Part shown: positions 32,960 through 35,409 of the stretch, piece after piece
Position numbering within the stretch: position 1 is the first letter of the stretch
How the letters are laid out: the number at the start of each line of letters is the position of its first letter
From: Candidatus Woesearchaeota archaeon
Lineage (GTDB): Archaea > Nanobdellota > Nanobdellia > Pacearchaeales > GW2011-AR1
DNA: 35,409 nt
Reading direction: 5' to 3'
Assembly (NCBI GenBank): GCA_964557325.1
Contig: CAZKZO010000002.1
Span: forward strand, 1 to 35,409
Translations under genes and position numbers: made by a program
The notes under the pieces: generated by a model
Database searches by the model: none
The model's input: the letters and a program-made list of their open reading frames with translations, nothing else
What the model was told of the DNA's origin: nothing

Positions 32960-33020
32960 GATTCGAACTCGGGTCACGGCCTTGAAAGGGCCGCATTCTT
33001 GGCCACTGAACTATCGGGGC
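32948..33020 (-). tRNA. tRNA-Glu(UUC)
   Basis: Hand-folded 73-nt cloverleaf: GCCCCGA-TA-GTTC-AGTGGCCAA-GAAT-G-CGGCC-CTTTCAA-GGCCG-TGAC-CCGAG-TTCGAAT-CTCGG-TCGGGGC-G. The anticodon TTC is at + strand 32984-32986. No CCA is encoded. Confidence 0.85.
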
Positions 33021-33037
33021 ATAATTAAGTTAGTAAA

Positions 33038-33050
33038 CTTATAAATAAAA
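33038..33050 (-). promoter_or_regulatory. TATA box of tRNA-Glu
   Basis: The minus strand reads ttttatttataag. The TATA element spans about -19 to -30 relative to the tRNA 5' end, the spacing expected for an archaeal promoter. Confidence 0.5.
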
Positions 33051-33178
33051 TACAGAATTTAGTTTTTAAAAGTAACTGTAGAATATTTTTGTATATGTTA
33101 ATGATTTCTTTTTAAAAATAAGTATGAGATGTTTTTTGATGTGATTTGGTATAAAATTAAATTATCTCTTTTTACAAA

Positions 33179-33304
33179 TGAGCCTGCACGGATTTGAACC
33201 GTGGACCCCTGCCTCTCTTAGATTTCTCAATCTTTGAGAGAAATAACCTTTACAGATTATACTCATATAAGAGCAGTGCTCTGACCAGACTGAGCTACAG
33301 GCTC
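33179..33304 (-). tRNA. tRNA-Ile(UAU) with a 51-nt intron at the canonical 37/38 position
   Basis: The hand-folded exons give a 75-nt cloverleaf: GAGCCTG-TA-GCTC-AGTCTGGTCA-GAGC-A-CTGCT-CTTATA/A-GGCAG-GGGTC-CACGG-TTCAAAT-CCGTG-CAGGCTC-A. The intron is 33215-33265. CUUA of the anticodon loop can pair with UAAG near the intron 3' end, giving a bulge-helix-bulge-like fold. The anticodon TAT is at + strand 33267-33269. Confidence 0.75.
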
Positions 33305-33327
33305 GTTTGTTTTAGATAAATTAAAGA

Positions 33328-33336
33328 TTATATAAA
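33328..33336 (-). promoter_or_regulatory. TATA box of tRNA-Ile
   Basis: The minus strand reads tttatataa, spanning about -24 to -32 from the tRNA 5' end. Confidence 0.5.
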
Positions 33337-33875
33337 CTTTACCAGAGCAAGAGAATTTTAAAGAGTATAAAATAACTATATTTATGCCAAACAATTCAAT
33401 TAAGTGAAGATGTGAGAATTTAGATAAATCTAAAGAAGGAAATTTCTTTAATAAGTCTTGATAAATGAAAAATAGATTATTAAGAGAGATATGAGTAAAT
33501 TTTGAGCTTGTTAAAGGTTTTGGATAAAAGGGTTTGTATTAATTCTGTAAAATAATGTTTTTAATAAGCATACATCTAATAATAATTGCTCTGTTAACTT
33601 TTAAATACCATCTAAAGGTTATTTAGCTGTTTTTATTTCTAAAAAAGAGTTTAAATTACTTAAGGATTTTATAATTATTAAATCAAATAAGAAGTATAGA
33701 TAAAAAAGATTATTAAAAAAGTTGGAAGTTTGAATAAATTTTTTATGGATAAATTTTGAAAGATAATTAAAGTTAATTTGGATTTAGATTGAGAGATAAT
33801 ATGCTTGTTTAAGCATAATTTCTTAAAATATTTTTTACTCTACAATTTTTAGTAGTAAGTAAAAGCTTATTTTTG

Positions 33876-33912
33876 TTTTTCCGTCGGCAAATTTGTTATT
33901 TTCCGTTGGTAA
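33876..33912 (+). promoter_or_regulatory. direct repeat pair upstream of the surface-protein promoter
   Basis: ttttccgtcggcaa and ttttccgttggtaa have a 22-bp period (starts 33877 and 33899). They lie immediately upstream of the TATA-like element at 33919. Confidence 0.35.
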
Positions 33913-33918
33913 GTAACA

Positions 33919-33927
33919 TTTATAAAA
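33919..33927 (+). promoter_or_regulatory. TATA-like element for the downstream large surface-protein gene
   Basis: tttataaaa lies about 40 bp upstream of the proposed TTG start at 33963. Confidence 0.4.
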
Positions 33928-33962
33928 CTCAAAATCTCTATAGATATAATAAAAAGAGGGTT

Positions 33963-35409
33963 TTGAAAATTAAGGGAGATAGTTATTTTAATTCTGGAAT
34001 AAAAAATGAAAAGATTTTCATAGAAAAAATTATCTTTTTATTAGTTTTTTTTACTTTAATTTTTATTGGATTGGCTTCAGCTGCTCCTATTAATGATACT
34101 TTTCATATTAATTTGCAAACAACTTTTGCAAATGGCTCTATTAAAACAGGAACTTTTAATTTTACATTTAATATAACTGAAAGTTCAAGTGCTACATGTG
34201 GTGTTCCTGTGGTTTATAATCATTCTGTGACTAAAACTACTGATAATAGAGGTATTGTTTCTATTTATCTTTTAACTACTGGTTCTGGTGGTGGAAGTTT
34301 AAGTAATTTGGATTATAATAAGCAGTATTATTTGTGTTATTATAGAGATGGGGTTTTGAAAAATGTTACACAGCTTGGAAGAGTTCCTTATTCTTTTAAA
34401 GCTACTGATGTTAATTTAAGTGATATTTCAGTGGATGTTAATCTTAATATGAGTGATGATTATAATATTACTAATGTAGATTATGGCTTTTTTAGTAATC
34501 TTGGAAGTTTTTTAAATAGAATTACTAGTTTGTTTGTTGGAGAGATTAATGCTTCTGGAAATATTGTGACTGAAGGAAATGTTTCTGCTTCGTGGTTTAA
34601 GGGTAAATTAAATGCATCAAATGTGCAAAATGATGCATGGATTGAAGATGCTCAAGAAAGTGATTTAAATGTAAATAGAAGTAATTGGTGGGATGATTTG
34701 AATAGTTATGTTTCTGGATGGTTTGTGAAGACAGGTACAGATTTGGATTTTAATGAAACTAAATTAAATAATACAATTAATTTGCTTGAAAATGATACTT
34801 TAGCTGGATTAGGGTGTGCAGATACAGAAATAGCAAAGTGGAATGCTACTTCTTCTGTGTGGGAGTGTGCTAATGATGTAGATACAGATACACTTTATTA
34901 TGCAGGAGGAGTTTATATTTATAAGAATGCAAGTGATTTTTTTATATTAAATGAGTCTAGGTTAAATAGAACAATAAGTATGTTTAATGATTCTATGAAA
35001 ACTTATGTTGATGGTAGAGATGTTTTGTTTAATAATTCTATAGCAGTTTGGGCTAGTGGACAATTTGTTGATGTTTCAGGAGATACTATGACTGGGAATT
35101 TAACATTAGATAATATTTTGAATAAAAGCAATAATTATGTTAAAATATGGAGTGATTTGATTGTTTCAGGTGGAGATATTACTTTTGGTTCAACAAGTAT
35201 ATCTGAGAGTGATGTAGGTATTATTGATGATGGAACAATAACTTTAGGAAGTGAGAGTAGTGGAGATTATGTTAAAAATATTTCTGGAAGTTCTCCAATA
35301 GTTGTTACAGGTGGAAGTGGAGAAGGTTCTGACCCTGTGGTTTCACTTACTTTGTTAAAGGATTTAGTTGCTGGACATGGTTTAACAGGAGGAGCAAACG
35401 ATGTTTTGC
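33963..35409 (+). CDS. large secreted surface protein, 5' partial (runs off the window)
   Basis: Manual translation shows one frame open from 33963 to the window end (more than 480 codons); it is not in the ORF track. The proposed TTG start gives (M)KIKGDSYFNSGIKNEKIFIEKIIFLLVFFTLIFIGLASA/APINDT, a clear signal peptide. The rest is N/S/T/G/D-rich with many N-x-S/T sequons. The start codon is uncertain. Confidence 0.6.
   Translation, partial: MKIKGDSYFNSGIKNEKIFIEKIIFLLVFFTLIFIGLASAAPINDTFHINLQTTFANGSIKTGTFNFTFNITESSSATCGVPVVYNHSVTKTTDNRGIVSIYLLTTGSGGGSLSNLDYNKQYYLCYYRDGVLKNVTQLGRVPYSFKATDVNLSDISVDVNLNMSDDYNITNVDYGFFSNLGSFLNRITSLFVGEINASGNIVTEGNVSASWFKGKLNASNVQNDAWIEDAQESDLNVNRSNWWDDLNSYVSGWFVKTGTDLDFNETKLNNTINLLENDTLAGLGCADTEIAKWNATSSVWECANDVDTDTLYYAGGVYIYKNASDFFILNESRLNRTISMFNDSMKTYVDGRDVLFNNSIAVWASGQFVDVSGDTMTGNLTLDNILNKSNNYVKIWSDLIVSGGDITFGSTSISESDVGIIDDGTITLGSESSGDYVKNISGSSPIVVTGGSGEGSDPVVSLTLLKDLVAGHGLTGGANDVL

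Noticed and set aside
1729-32985. About two dozen 60-90-aa ORFs in the supplied track lie antisense to or inside larger genes: 1729-1971, 1779-1979, 2108-2320, 2789-2986, 3833-4036, 4798-5025, 5022-5204, 5724-5957, 7061-7330, 7400-7621, 9906-10169, 14670-14873, 16241-16441, 17606-17809, 20380-20604, 21700-21918, 22430-22624, 27289-27516, 27677-27871, 29325-29507, 31146-31370, 31375-31557, 32599-32790 and 32797-32985.
   Set aside because: Each overlaps a longer ORF that has recognisable motifs or coherent domain structure. Their translations are low-complexity (F/L/S/I-rich), as expected for shadow frames of AT-rich coding sequence. None has an independent motif.
33305-33875. A ~570-bp non-coding AT-rich stretch downstream of tRNA-Ile's promoter, scanned for ncRNA signatures (C/D-box RUGAUGA...CUGA, H/ACA-like hairpins, further tRNA fragments or att copies).
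   Set aside because: No convincing box motifs, stable GC-supported helices or copies of the att core were found by eye. It may simply be a long promoter or spacer region. A covariance-model scan would be needed to say more.
1-35409. Stop-codon reassignment as an explanation for the in-frame TAA (5305) and TAG (27077).
   Set aside because: All long, motif-bearing genes (ppsA, trpS, thrS, elp3, integrase, fic and others) are free of internal stops and terminate on TAA, TAG or TGA. The two cases are isolated small genes, and two other genes are broken by homopolymer frameshifts. Decay or assembly error is more parsimonious.

Overview
AT-rich archaeal contig. It is most consistent with a small-genome DPANN-type archaeon. 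Support: a ThrRS with the archaea-specific N-terminal editing domain, an Elp3 homologue, a class III (prepilin-type) signal peptide, TATA boxes about 25 nt upstream of the tRNA genes, and an intron-containing tRNA.

Positions 1-22000 are chromosomal backbone:
- a cluster of surface and pilin-like proteins
- PEP synthase, TrpRS and ThrRS
- a RelE-type toxin-antitoxin pair
- an NYN-domain cassette flanked by a 49-bp direct repeat
- a divergent Trm9-like methyltransferase / Elp3 pair
- an operon of two ATP-grasp ligases plus an S66 LD-carboxypeptidase
- a cupin

Positions 22000-23600 are a decaying accessory patch. It holds a frameshifted wHTH gene with operator-like repeats, an RRM RNA-binding protein and a frameshifted, start-less HepT (DUF86) toxin remnant.

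Positions 23588-32959 are a composite integrated element inserted at the 3' end of tRNA-Glu(UUC). Three direct copies of the tRNA 3' end delimit two modules.
- The 8.4-kb module carries a tyrosine integrase, a GHKL-ATPase + STAS-like (DUF4325-like) gene pair, RHH and wHTH regulators, a Zn-ribbon membrane protein, a secreted S1 protease with Cys-rich repeats and a 671-aa polytopic membrane protein.
- The 1-kb module carries only a Fic (AMPylase-type) protein.

The best candidate for an undescribed system is the integrase-linked GHKL ATPase / STAS-like pair at 28789-29998.

Downstream lie an intron-containing tRNA-Ile(UAU) and the 5' part of a very large surface protein. No CRISPR array or rRNA was seen. 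All functional calls come from motif recognition by eye; no database search was possible.
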